From an uncultured virus (IMG/VR IMGVR_UViG_3300011375_000006) (Duplodnaviria; Heunggongvirae; Uroviricota; Caudoviricetes): 20,000 bases of DNA. Positions within the stretch are counted from its first letter, which is position 1, and each line of letters opens with the position of its first letter. This document shows positions 1-9,604 of the stretch, one piece after another. The notes under the pieces are model-generated. The model had not been told where the DNA came from and searched no databases. It saw only the letters and a list, made by a program, of their open reading frames with translations. A program made the position numbers and the translations under genes. The stretch lies in IMG/VR virus record IMGVR_UViG_3300011375_000006. One strand, 5' to 3'.

Positions 1-332
1 GCGTGGGTGAGCCGCTGGAATGGTTCGTTAACGTCAATACCACGGCGACCGCCGCCGGTGCTGCAACTCTTAACGTCAACCTTCAGACCAGCCCGGACAA
101 CTCCACCTGGACGACCATTGCGAGTTCCGGCGATCTGGCGCTGGCCGCGCTGACTGCTGGTAAACGCATCGTTTCCCAGAAAGTGCCGCAGGGTGTTCAG
201 CGCTACCTGCGCCTGAACTATGTCGTAGGCACCGGGCCGCTGACCGCCGGCGCTTTCACCTCGGGTATCAATCTGGATGTGGATGGCAACAACACCACGT
301 TCTACGCGACCCGTTCCAAAATCACTGGTTAA
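1..332 (+). CDS. Bbp16-like capsid cement/decoration protein (5'-truncated by window edge)
   Basis: Open frame from the window start. Beta-rich sequence with LQTSPDNSTWTT and RYLRLNYVVGTGPLTAG motifs recalled from Bbp16-family proteins; sits in the head module. Confidence 0.7.
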   Translation, partial: VGEPLEWFVNVNTTATAAGAATLNVNLQTSPDNSTWTTIASSGDLALAALTAGKRIVSQKVPQGVQRYLRLNYVVGTGPLTAGAFTSGINLDVDGNNTTFYATRSKITG

Positions 333-343
333 GGAATAAGTAA

Positions 344-712
344 ATGACTCAGGAAAAAGCGAAGTACCGCGTTCTGCGTCTGTCTTTTATCGGCAACCAG
401 TTGCTGGATGAAGGCGCGGAAGTGGAATACGACGGCGAACCTGGCAGCGCGCTGGAGCCGCTCAACGATGCCGCTGAGGCTGCCAAGAAGAAAGCCATGA
501 AGAAACATGGGCATTCAGCCTATGACGTTAAACCGGCAACGGGGAACGTTCTGGATGGCGGCTCTAACGAAGTATCCAGCGGCGCTATCAGCGACGATCT
601 GGCATCGCTTCGACAGCAGTACGAAGACCTTTTCAACGAGAAGCCCGGCAACATGAAGGCCGAAACGTTGAAAGAGCGTATCGCCGATAAGCGTAAAGAG
701 CTGGGCGTTTAA
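344..712 (+). CDS. Hypothetical phage head-region protein with small C-terminal helical motif
   Basis: 122-aa ORF with RBS AAGGA at 331-335. C-terminal LRQQYEDLFNEKPGNMKAETLKERIA resembles short HeH/Rho_N-like modules. Confidence 0.75.
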   Translation: MTQEKAKYRVLRLSFIGNQLLDEGAEVEYDGEPGSALEPLNDAAEAAKKKAMKKHGHSAYDVKPATGNVLDGGSNEVSSGAISDDLASLRQQYEDLFNEKPGNMKAETLKERIADKRKELGV

Positions 713-730
713 GCCTCAGGTGTTGAACAG

Positions 731-751
731 AGGGGCTTCGGCCCCTTTCTT
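731..751 (+). terminator. Rho-independent terminator after head genes
   Basis: AGGGGC-TTCG-GCCCCT hairpin (cUUCGg tetraloop) followed by TTCTT. Confidence 0.75.
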
Positions 752-764
752 GCAGGAGCGTATT

Positions 765-1088
765 ATGGAACTCGTAAACCTCAAAACCGGCACCGATACC
801 TACCAGGACGAAAGCGGCAAAACGCATACCCGCGACGATTACCCGTGGGGTCTGTGTATCAATCTCGACAATGAAACGTTGAAAAAACTCGGTGCCACGC
901 CGCAACCGGTAGGTTCTGAAGTCATGATTACTGCCCGCGCCATTATCAAAAGCACTTCCTCTCGCGAAAGTGAAGACGGCGCCCGCCATGATGCCAGCCT
1001 GCAAATCACTGATATGGCGATCGCCGCAGCCAGCCAGCAGGAACAAAAAAGTGCCGCTGAAACTCTGTACGGAACCGGGGGTGAGTAA
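765..1088 (+). CDS. Capsid staple/cementing protein (epsilon15 gp10-like)
   Basis: Start moved to ATG 765 (RBS CAGGAG at 753-758). LKTGTD...DDYPWGLCINLDNETL...LQITDMAI resembles epsilon15 gp10 as recalled. Confidence 0.8.
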   Translation: MELVNLKTGTDTYQDESGKTHTRDDYPWGLCINLDNETLKKLGATPQPVGSEVMITARAIIKSTSSRESEDGARHDASLQITDMAIAAASQQEQKSAAETLYGTGGE

Positions 1089-1693
1089 TGCCTTCCGTCA
1101 TCGAGATCTGCAACCGGGCGTTAAGCAACATTGGTAACAGCCGCAGTATTAACAGCCTGAACGAGGCCAGCAAAGAAGCGGGCGAATGCTCCCTGCATTT
1201 TGACGCCTGCCGCGACGCGGTGCTGTCTGATTTCGACTGGAACTTTGCCACCAGGCGCGTGGCGCTGGCCGACACAAACAGCCCGCCGCCAGACTGGCAA
1301 TACGCTTACCGATATCCGACTGACTGCCTTCGTATCACCGCGATCATGGTGCCTGGTGTGCGTAACCCCGCATCGGCTGATCGTGTTCAGTATGAAGTTG
1401 GCGCAGATTCCAGTGGCACCGGCAAGCTTATTTATACGGATCAGCCTCAGGCCTGGCTGAAGTACGTTATGCGAATCACCGACGTGAACATGTTTGATGC
1501 CATTTTTCAGGAAGCCCTTGCCTGGCGACTGGCGGCTGCAATCAACATGGCGCTGACCGGTAGCGCGGATCTCGGTAACAACGCACTGAATATGTACTAT
1601 CGCGTCATTCTCAGTGCCGGTTCTCACAGCATGAACGAGTCGCAGGAGCCGGTTCAGCCTGAAAGCGAATTCACCATTGCGAGGTTGTCATAA
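1088..1693 (+). CDS. Tail tubular protein A / adaptor (T7 gp11-like)
   Basis: 201 aa; N-terminal EICNRALSNIG and WNFA...YAYRYPTDCLRI motifs; translationally coupled (TAATG) at both ends. Confidence 0.85.
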   Translation: MPSVIEICNRALSNIGNSRSINSLNEASKEAGECSLHFDACRDAVLSDFDWNFATRRVALADTNSPPPDWQYAYRYPTDCLRITAIMVPGVRNPASADRVQYEVGADSSGTGKLIYTDQPQAWLKYVMRITDVNMFDAIFQEALAWRLAAAINMALTGSADLGNNALNMYYRVILSAGSHSMNESQEPVQPESEFTIARLS

Positions 1694-4290
1694 TGGCTAT
1701 CAGCTGGATCCAGCCGTCATTCGCTGGTGGTGAAATTGGCCCGTCTCTGTACGGTCGCATTGATATGGCTAAATATCAGATAGCGCTGCGCAAGTGCGAT
1801 AATTTTATCGTGCGGCAATACGGCGGCGTTGAGAACCGCCCTGGCACGCGTTTTGTTGGCGCAGCAAAATATCCCAATCGCAAATGCCGCCTTATTCCGT
1901 TTCAGTTCTCAACCGTACAGACGTATGCGCTGGAGTTTGGTCACGGATACATGCGCGTTATCAAGGATGGCGCTTATGTTCTGAACAGCAGCAATGTGAT
2001 TTATGAACTGGCTATGCCCTATGCAGAAGCCGATCTGTTCCGGATTAAATATACGCAGAGTGCGGACGTTTTAACGATCGTTCACCCGTCATACCCGCCA
2101 AAAGAATTACGCCGGTACGCGCATGACAACTGGCAGATAGTCGATGTGGAAACGAAGAACGGTCCATTCGAAGATATCAACGTTAACGAAGCGATCACTG
2201 TTTATGCCAGTGACGAAACTGGAGTTGTAACGCTCACCGCCAGCCAGCCAATTTTTGGCGCTGAGCAGGCAGGGAAACTTTTTTATCTTGAGCAGCCTGC
2301 GATTGATTCCGTCCCTATATGGGAGACCGACAAAGTCATTTCCAGTGACGCCGTTGAATCTCAGTCATTTGATACTGAGGCAGAAGCAAGTGCGTTTGCC
2401 GTAACCCTTGATCCCGATGACATAATCAGTATCGCGCAAAGCCCAATAACGAATAAATGGGTGGTGACGTACAACCTTGGTTTCGTGCGCCGTGCCGACG
2501 GAAACTATTATCTGGCAGTTTCGACCGGCAAAACCGGTACGCTGCGCCCGAGTCATACCGAGGGTACAGCATGGGATGGCTGGGGCGGCGACACTGGTGT
2601 GAAGTGGGAATACCTGCATTCCGGTTTCGGTATCGTAAGGATTACCGCTGTTTCTGGTGACGGTTTAACAGCAACCGCAACAGTAATTTCACGCATTCCA
2701 TCCAATGTGGTGGGGAGCACCAAAGCGTCGTATAAATGGGCTCGCTACGCATGGAACAGTGTCAATGGATACCCGGGAACAGTCGCCTACTATCAGCAGC
2801 GCCTCTTCTTTGCCGCGTCCTGGGCTTACCCGCAAACCATCTGGGGCAGCCGTACTGGGGATTACAAGGATTTTGGTAAAAGCATCCCATTACAGGACGA
2901 TGACAGAATTATCTACACCTATGCTGGTCGGCAGGTTAATGAAATTCGGCATCTGATTGACGTCGGATCATTGGTTGCGCTGACGTCTGGTGGCGAATAC
3001 GTGATAACTGGCGACCAGAATAAAGTCCTGACGCCAGGCTCTTTCGCTTTCAGCTCGCAGGGTTCTAACGGATCAAGCGATGTACCTCCCATTGCGGTGG
3101 CAAATATTGCCCTGTTCATACAAGAGAAAGGCAGCATTGTCCGCGATCTGGCTTACTCCTTCGATGTTGACGGCTATCAGGGCAGTGATTTAACTATCCT
3201 GGCAAACCACCTTTTCCAGAAGCATTCTGTGGTCGACTGGTCATTTTCTATCGTCCCATATTCAGCCGCCTGGTGCTGTCGTGATGATGGGCTGTTGATG
3301 GTGATGACGTACCTGCGTGAACAGCAGGTATTTGCCTGGGCGCCGCAGTCAGGGCCGGGTAAGTTTGAAAGCACCTGCTCTATCAGTGAGGGTAGCGAAG
3401 ATGCGGTGTATTTCATTGTTAACCGTTTTATTAACGGCCAGACGGTACGCTACATTGAGCGCCTTTCGAGCCGCATGTTTACTGATGAACTGGACGCTTT
3501 TTTTGTTGATTCAGGTCTGAGCTATGACGGCAGAAACTACAGCGACAGGACGGCTACTATCACCGGTGGAACTGGTGATTGGGACTATCGCAACAACTAT
3601 ACGCTAACGGTAAGTGGTGGCGAGTTTTTCTCTGCTGGTGACGTTGGCGTGCAAATACAGTTTCCTTACACAGGCACTGATCCCGACAATGGCGAGCTGG
3701 TGGCAATGGATTTACGCTGCGAGATACTTGCTGTGAACAGCGCCAATTCTGTCACCATTTCCGCTAACCGTAATGTTCCTCCTGTATTGCAGAACGCCGC
3801 AACCACCAACTGGCGTGTTGCACGACGCACTTTCGGTGGGCTTTCGCATCTCGAAGGCCAGACGGTAAACATTCTTTCTGATGCCAACGTTGAACCGCAA
3901 AAGGTGGTTACCGGCGGCGCTGTCACGCTGCAAGAGCCCGGCGCGGTAGTTCACATTGGCCTGCCCATCAATGCTCAGTTTGAAACGCTGGACATCAACA
4001 TTAACGGACAAGAAACGCTGCTCGATAAAAAGCAAATCCTGCCTTCCGTGACTCTTATCGTTAATGCCAGCCGCGGCATTTGGGCAACCACTCCTGGCGG
4101 AAAATGGTACGAATATCCGCAGCGCGAATTTGAGTTCTACGACGATCCGGTTAACGACTCCACAGGTAAAGTTGAAATTAAACTCGACAGTGTCTGGAGT
4201 AAAAGCAGCCGCGTGAAAATTCGCCAGACCGATCCGCTTCCGCTATCTGTCCTGGCTGTTATTCCTCGCCTTACCGTGGGGGGATTCTGA
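1693..4290 (+). CDS. Tail tubular protein B / nozzle (T7 gp12-like)
   Basis: 865 aa; QPSFAGGEIGPSLYGRID, GGVENRPGT, YPGTVAYYQQRLFFA and C-terminal RQTDPLPLSVLAV motifs; follows tubular protein A. Confidence 0.88.
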   Translation: MAISWIQPSFAGGEIGPSLYGRIDMAKYQIALRKCDNFIVRQYGGVENRPGTRFVGAAKYPNRKCRLIPFQFSTVQTYALEFGHGYMRVIKDGAYVLNSSNVIYELAMPYAEADLFRIKYTQSADVLTIVHPSYPPKELRRYAHDNWQIVDVETKNGPFEDINVNEAITVYASDETGVVTLTASQPIFGAEQAGKLFYLEQPAIDSVPIWETDKVISSDAVESQSFDTEAEASAFAVTLDPDDIISIAQSPITNKWVVTYNLGFVRRADGNYYLAVSTGKTGTLRPSHTEGTAWDGWGGDTGVKWEYLHSGFGIVRITAVSGDGLTATATVISRIPSNVVGSTKASYKWARYAWNSVNGYPGTVAYYQQRLFFAASWAYPQTIWGSRTGDYKDFGKSIPLQDDDRIIYTYAGRQVNEIRHLIDVGSLVALTSGGEYVITGDQNKVLTPGSFAFSSQGSNGSSDVPPIAVANIALFIQEKGSIVRDLAYSFDVDGYQGSDLTILANHLFQKHSVVDWSFSIVPYSAAWCCRDDGLLMVMTYLREQQVFAWAPQSGPGKFESTCSISEGSEDAVYFIVNRFINGQTVRYIERLSSRMFTDELDAFFVDSGLSYDGRNYSDRTATITGGTGDWDYRNNYTLTVSGGEFFSAGDVGVQIQFPYTGTDPDNGELVAMDLRCEILAVNSANSVTISANRNVPPVLQNAATTNWRVARRTFGGLSHLEGQTVNILSDANVEPQKVVTGGAVTLQEPGAVVHIGLPINAQFETLDININGQETLLDKKQILPSVTLIVNASRGIWATTPGGKWYEYPQREFEFYDDPVNDSTGKVEIKLDSVWSKSSRVKIRQTDPLPLSVLAVIPRLTVGGF

Positions 4291-4754
4291 TGATCGATAT
4301 CCAGTTATTGTCCGCGAATGAAGAGCATATCCAGTTAATCCTGCCGAATGTACGCCAGGCAGATATTGATGAGCTCTATGCGGTATCGCTTATGAGCACT
4401 GAAGATGCAATCCGTATCGGTATCCTCACAGCAACTATGGCCTGGTCTGGTTTCGCCAATGGTGAGCTGGTCACGATGTTCGGCGTATCGCCCGCATCAA
4501 TGATCGGTGGCAACGGTATTCCCTGGCTGGTGAGCACCCACCTGGTGGAGAAATACCAGAAAACCTTTCTGCGCCGCAGCCGTTACGCGTTACAGGCGAT
4601 GCTTGAGGTGTATCCGCGCCTTGAAAATTACGTTGATGAGCGCAACCACGTCGCAAAAGCCTGGCTGCACTGGCTTGGATTTCACCTTGAAGAGCCAGCG
4701 CCATACGGCGCGCTTGGCCTGAACTTTCACCGTTTCCATATGGAGAAAAAATAA
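4290..4754 (+). CDS. GNAT-fold acetyltransferase-like protein (T7 gp13-like)
   Basis: 154 aa; VRQADIDEL, LENYVDERNHVAKAWLHWLGF motif; canonical position after nozzle. Confidence 0.75.
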   Translation: MIDIQLLSANEEHIQLILPNVRQADIDELYAVSLMSTEDAIRIGILTATMAWSGFANGELVTMFGVSPASMIGGNGIPWLVSTHLVEKYQKTFLRRSRYALQAMLEVYPRLENYVDERNHVAKAWLHWLGFHLEEPAPYGALGLNFHRFHMEKK

Positions 4755-5293
4755 TGTGCGGACCGGTAGCATTTGTTGCAGCCTCCATCGCCATCTCGGC
4801 TATGCAGGCTTATAACCAGCATCAACAAGGCAAATATGCAAAAGCTGTGGCGAATCAAAACGCTGATATTGCAGAAGCTCAGGCGGAGGATGCCGTTAAT
4901 CGCGGCAACATCGCAGCGGATCAGCGACGTCGTGAAATGCGCCAGCGGCAGGGTACTCAGGCGGCGACTATGGGGGCGACTGGAGCCGATCTCGGTAGCG
5001 GTAACGCGCTGGATATCTTTGCCGATACTGCACAATTCGGCACCCTTGATGCACTGACGACGGTAAATAACGCACAGCGCGAAGCGTATGGTTATCAGGT
5101 TCAAGGCATGAATGCTACAGCACAGGGCAATGCAGCTCAAAGCCAGGCAAGAGCAGCGGTAACCCAAACTATCCTTACCGCTCCGCTGAAGGCCTACGGC
5201 GCGTACCAGATGGGTGGCGGAACATGGTCGCCATTCACCCAATCCAGTGCAGCACCAATCAGTGCGGCGGTCGGCACGCCAACAGGGAGATAA
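4754..5293 (+). CDS. Internal virion (ejection) protein, T7 gp14-like
   Basis: 179 aa, Ala/Gln-rich, starts MCGPVAF with a hydrophobic N-terminus; canonical position. Confidence 0.75.
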   Translation: MCGPVAFVAASIAISAMQAYNQHQQGKYAKAVANQNADIAEAQAEDAVNRGNIAADQRRREMRQRQGTQAATMGATGADLGSGNALDIFADTAQFGTLDALTTVNNAQREAYGYQVQGMNATAQGNAAQSQARAAVTQTILTAPLKAYGAYQMGGGTWSPFTQSSAAPISAAVGTPTGR

Positions 5294-5297
5294 GACG

Positions 5298-7805
5298 ATG
5301 CCAACAGTACCGACAGCAACCGGGCGGCAGGTTGAAAGCCGTGGCGTTCAAACGGGCGGATTCAACACATTTCAGGTTCCACAGACTGGCGCACTCATTG
5401 CTGACGCCGCTGATAAATACATGGGTGCATTTGCGGAAGCCAAGCAGCGCGCCAATGTCGCGATGGCACAGGATGCATCGTTGCAGTTAAGCGCAGTCGG
5501 CAGTGATCTGATGACGAACCCGGAAACGGGCCTGCTTAACCTGAAAGGAAAAAACGCCATTGGCAAGGGCCAGGTTTACACACAGCAGTTTGATGCTCAG
5601 GTTGAGCAGATCGCCGGGTCACTCCCTGACGAGCAATCACGCAACGCGTTTTTGCAGCAGGCGCAGCAGCAGCGTATCCAGTTTGCTAGTCAGGCCGGAC
5701 GGCATGAAATCGGGCAGATTAATGCTTATGAAGAGGGCCAGTTTCAGGCCACTCTGCTTAATAACGGCAAAATGGCGGCAGGTATGTACGGCGACAACGC
5801 CGCTTACGTCGCCGCAAATCAGCAAACTTTCCAGCAGATTGAGCAGTACGGCGCCGCGCATGGCTGGAGCGATGAGCAAATCCAGGCCAAGAAAATTGAG
5901 TTCAAAGAGAAGGTTGCCGATACCGCGCTGTCTCAATGGTCTGCAAATAACGCTGTTGGGTTTATTCAAAGCAACGGGGAGTTAAGCGATACGGCAATGG
6001 GCTCCCGCCGTGCGGTGTCAGGTGGTTCCGCAGGTGTACGCGGTATTCGCAACAACAACCCGGGCAACCTTGAATACAGTGATTCAAATCCGTGGGTAGG
6101 CCAGACGGGTAGCGATGGCCGGTTTGCCAAATTCGAGACGCCTGAGCATGGCATTCGTGCGCTGGGTCGCAACCTTATTTCTTACCAGAAGCAGGGGATC
6201 GACACGGTTAACGACATTATTAACCGTTGGGCACCGCCGGAAGATAACAATGATACTGCCTCTTATATCAAGGCCGTATGCGCACAACTTGGCGTTGAAC
6301 CAAATCAGCCGGTTAATGCCTCAGATCCTGACACTCTGAAAGCACTTTGCGCTGCGATAATCCATCACGAAAACGGCGAGCAGCCATACGATGCACAACA
6401 ACTCAGCACTGGCGTTAATGCCGCGCTGGGTATCGCGGATCTTCCCTCCACCAACAAGCGCTATACCGGTAACGCAGCATTCGACGCGGCAAGCCCACAG
6501 GCGCAGGCTGCTTTCCTGCGCCAGTCTGAACAGATGCGCAACCAGCAGCAGGCCGAATATCGGGCCTTGCTGGATGGCCGCGTGCGTGATGCCAATGCTG
6601 CATATCAGCGCGGTGTTGAGTTTCCTGACGCACCGTCACAGACCGATTTTATGGCGGCTTACGGGGTGCGCGAGGGCAACGCCCGCTATACAGAATTCCG
6701 CAATAACCAGATCGCCGGCCAGTATATCGGCGCGTTTCGCACGCTCCCAACCAAAAGTATTGAGTCTGCCGTTAAGGGGCTTGAGCCTGGAACCGGGGAA
6801 ACAGGAGAAGGGTATGCAGCGCGCGCCCAGACGTATGACGCCGTTGTGCGTGCGGCCAGTGAGGTTATCCGCCAGAGGCAGGCAGATCCGGTACAGTTCT
6901 CCCTTGCTTCCGGGCAGTCAAAGCCCATCAACCTTAACGACCAGGCTGGTTTCGCCGAAACAATCGCCCTCCGCGCTTCGCAGGTTGAAGGCCTGGCGCA
7001 GTCATACGACACACCGTTGACCTTCTTTTCCAAAGATGAAGCAAACCAGATCGGTGCATTCTTCCGTGACGCGCCAGTCTCCCAGCAGTCCGCTTATCTT
7101 GACGCCATTCATAAAAGCACTGGTGGCGGTAAAACCTATATGGCCGCACTACAGCAGATCAGCGTAAACGCGCCGTCGGCGGCTGTGGCTGGCATTCTGA
7201 TGGATAAGCCTGGCGGCATGGTGGCGGAAAAAAACTGGTTTAACCCTGATGTAAACGTGTCTCCTGACATTGCGTCACAGACAATCCTGGCTGGTGCAGC
7301 GGCACGCAAAGGCAGTAAAGATGTGAAAGGTATGGTGATGCCGAAAGAAACCGACATGCGCATGGAATTTACCGACACGGTACAGGATGCATTTGCCGGT
7401 GACGCGCAGGGCGCAACGATGGCTTATGAGGTAGCGAAAGATTATTACGCTGGCGTCATGGCTAAAAAGGGTGATTTCTCAGGGGAACTTGATGCCAGCG
7501 TATGGAAGCAGGCGATCAACGTAGCTACCGGCGGAACGTACGACTATAACGGCATGGGCAACGTATTGCTGCCGTGGGGTATGGCTCCAGAGCAGTTTGA
7601 TAAGCAGGTCAATCAGGCGTGGGAAAACCAGATAGTTAAAGCCGGTATCAAGGCACCGCAAGGCCAGTATGGTCTGCAAAGTTACGGTGACAGCCAGTAC
7701 TTGATTAAACTCGGCACCGGATACCTTCTTAAAGATGACGGAACCCCTGTGATCCTTGACCTTACTCAGCAGCGCCAGCGCTTTGCAGGAGGCATCCCAC
7801 AATGA
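5298..7805 (+). CDS. Internal virion (ejection) protein with lysozyme-like muralytic domain
   Basis: Start moved to ATG 5298 (RBS GGGAGA at 5285-5290). Central RGIRNNNPGNL...FAKFETPEHGIRAL...IINRWAPPEDNNDT...AIIHHENG motif set. Confidence 0.8.
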   Translation: MPTVPTATGRQVESRGVQTGGFNTFQVPQTGALIADAADKYMGAFAEAKQRANVAMAQDASLQLSAVGSDLMTNPETGLLNLKGKNAIGKGQVYTQQFDAQVEQIAGSLPDEQSRNAFLQQAQQQRIQFASQAGRHEIGQINAYEEGQFQATLLNNGKMAAGMYGDNAAYVAANQQTFQQIEQYGAAHGWSDEQIQAKKIEFKEKVADTALSQWSANNAVGFIQSNGELSDTAMGSRRAVSGGSAGVRGIRNNNPGNLEYSDSNPWVGQTGSDGRFAKFETPEHGIRALGRNLISYQKQGIDTVNDIINRWAPPEDNNDTASYIKAVCAQLGVEPNQPVNASDPDTLKALCAAIIHHENGEQPYDAQQLSTGVNAALGIADLPSTNKRYTGNAAFDAASPQAQAAFLRQSEQMRNQQQAEYRALLDGRVRDANAAYQRGVEFPDAPSQTDFMAAYGVREGNARYTEFRNNQIAGQYIGAFRTLPTKSIESAVKGLEPGTGETGEGYAARAQTYDAVVRAASEVIRQRQADPVQFSLASGQSKPINLNDQAGFAETIALRASQVEGLAQSYDTPLTFFSKDEANQIGAFFRDAPVSQQSAYLDAIHKSTGGGKTYMAALQQISVNAPSAAVAGILMDKPGGMVAEKNWFNPDVNVSPDIASQTILAGAAARKGSKDVKGMVMPKETDMRMEFTDTVQDAFAGDAQGATMAYEVAKDYYAGVMAKKGDFSGELDASVWKQAINVATGGTYDYNGMGNVLLPWGMAPEQFDKQVNQAWENQIVKAGIKAPQGQYGLQSYGDSQYLIKLGTGYLLKDDGTPVILDLTQQRQRFAGGIPQ

Positions 7806-9598
7806 GTTATTTCGGGCTCAATACGGTAAATCAGAACCAGCAACTGGATACCGCCGCGTCAAATCCGGCTGGTGTATCTGGCGATAACGATGTCGGATTC
7901 TTTGACAATGCCGGTGGTGCGGCGCTGTCCGGGCTTTATTCTGGCCTGGTGGCGAAACCAGATCAATTGCTTTGGGCTGGTGTTGATACCGTTGTTTCTC
8001 CTATCGCGCAGTTCATCAACGAAAACACGCCAGTTCGTGACACGTCACAGGAGTTTATCGCAGAACAGCGAAAACTGGCGCAGGAACAGGTAAAGCGGCT
8101 CACGCCAGACGCCGCCACAACCGGCACCGCCGGGCAGGTGCTTAACGGTCTGTTTGATATGGGATCGCAGGCGGTGGTGGGTACAGTGCTTGGCGGTCCT
8201 CTTGTTGGTGCGGCTGCTGTAACCTCCGGACAGGGCTTTTCAGAATTCGAACGGCTCCGAGCTGCTGGTGTGGACGTCGCTACGGCTCAGGATGTGGCGT
8301 TGGTTCATGGTATTACCGCCGGTGCTGGCACGCTGATCCCAATGAGCCTGGGCCTGCGCGCTGGCGGCGCGCTGGCGGAAAGCATTGGCGCGCAGATTGC
8401 CCGCGGAGGTGAAAGTGCCGCGCGTAACGTGCTGGCGGCCACTGCCCGCGCCGCGCCGGATATCGCCTATGCCGCCGGAACAAACGTTGCTTTTGGCATG
8501 GCTCAGCGCGGTCTCACCGCCTCAACGCTGCGGAGCGGCGGTTATGATGAGATGGCAGCGCAGTACGATGTATTTGACCGCCAGGCGCTGGCGATCGATG
8601 CGGTGCTGGGCGTTGCGTTCGGTGGCATAGGCCGCTTCGTGAATTCCCGTGGCGAAACCGTTCGCCCGCCGGAATTTGCTCCCGCTGATGTGGATGCGGC
8701 GCTGGCAGCCAACGCATCGCAGCACGCTGAATTCGACGTGGCGCCAGGCGTGCCGGTTAACGTGTTGTCGCGTAACGCCCATATTCAGGCACTGCAAAAA
8801 GCAATGCGCGATGTGAGTGAGGGAAATCGCGTTGACGTCGCCAGCATCGCCGAGGCTGCCGATTTCAGCTCCGTGCCCGGCAGGCGCAACCTGATATCTC
8901 AGGCCATAGATGAAGCTCTTTTTACCGCCGAAGAAGGGGCGACGTCGCGCGCCGTGGAGACAAGAATTCTGGAAGAACAGGCCGCCCAGGTATTGCCGCT
9001 GGGTGAGCGTAAAGCACTTCAGTCTGAGATCGCCAATAGTGAACGTATCCTGGAAAACCTTAACACTGATCGCGCTGCCATCCTGGCAGAGGAACCTGTC
9101 GGAAGTGGTAAAGAACTGGCACAGGCAAGGGCTGATAAGCAGGCACGACTGCGGGCGGTAGACCAACGCATCAGCGAAACAACCGCCCGGCTGGAAACAG
9201 CCAGAAACGATCTGGCACCGCATGAACCCGGCGGCGCAAACTTTGAGGCGAGGGCAGAACTGGCGCGCAGGCAGCAGGCAGAAACAGACTTGAATGCCCA
9301 GGCCATGTCTTACTACAAAACTGCTGAAGTACTAACCGCAGATGAAGCGGCCCCATTCAATAACACCCGCCCATTAACTCAGGTTGACCAGCAATCCACC
9401 CATGACATTGACCTTAAGTTTGCTGAAGATTCACTTGCGGCATCGCCGGACATGTTGATCACGATACTTGATGATGACGGCAATCCGCAGTCCCGCAGCG
9501 CTCGCGACGTTCTGGAAGAGGCTAAACGCGAGAATGAGCAGGCGATACAGGATTCCAGCCTGTTTGATGTGGCTGTAGCGTGTTTCTTGAGAGGATAA
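7802..9598 (+). CDS. Internal virion (ejection/DNA transfer) protein
   Basis: 598 aa; Gly/Ala-rich membrane-like segments then coiled coil; ends VAVACFLRG; ATGA overlap with upstream gene. Confidence 0.75.
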   Translation: MSYFGLNTVNQNQQLDTAASNPAGVSGDNDVGFFDNAGGAALSGLYSGLVAKPDQLLWAGVDTVVSPIAQFINENTPVRDTSQEFIAEQRKLAQEQVKRLTPDAATTGTAGQVLNGLFDMGSQAVVGTVLGGPLVGAAAVTSGQGFSEFERLRAAGVDVATAQDVALVHGITAGAGTLIPMSLGLRAGGALAESIGAQIARGGESAARNVLAATARAAPDIAYAAGTNVAFGMAQRGLTASTLRSGGYDEMAAQYDVFDRQALAIDAVLGVAFGGIGRFVNSRGETVRPPEFAPADVDAALAANASQHAEFDVAPGVPVNVLSRNAHIQALQKAMRDVSEGNRVDVASIAEAADFSSVPGRRNLISQAIDEALFTAEEGATSRAVETRILEEQAAQVLPLGERKALQSEIANSERILENLNTDRAAILAEEPVGSGKELAQARADKQARLRAVDQRISETTARLETARNDLAPHEPGGANFEARAELARRQQAETDLNAQAMSYYKTAEVLTADEAAPFNNTRPLTQVDQQSTHDIDLKFAEDSLAASPDMLITILDDDGNPQSRSARDVLEEAKRENEQAIQDSSLFDVAVACFLRG

Positions 9599-9604
9599 CT
9601 ATTC

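Noticed and set aside
720..764. N-terminal extension of the gp10-like ORF from 720
   Set aside because: Runs through the terminator hairpin; RBS and recalled homology support ATG 765
5214..5297. Longer start for the 863-aa ORF
   Set aside because: Overlaps the upstream gene; good RBS before ATG 5298
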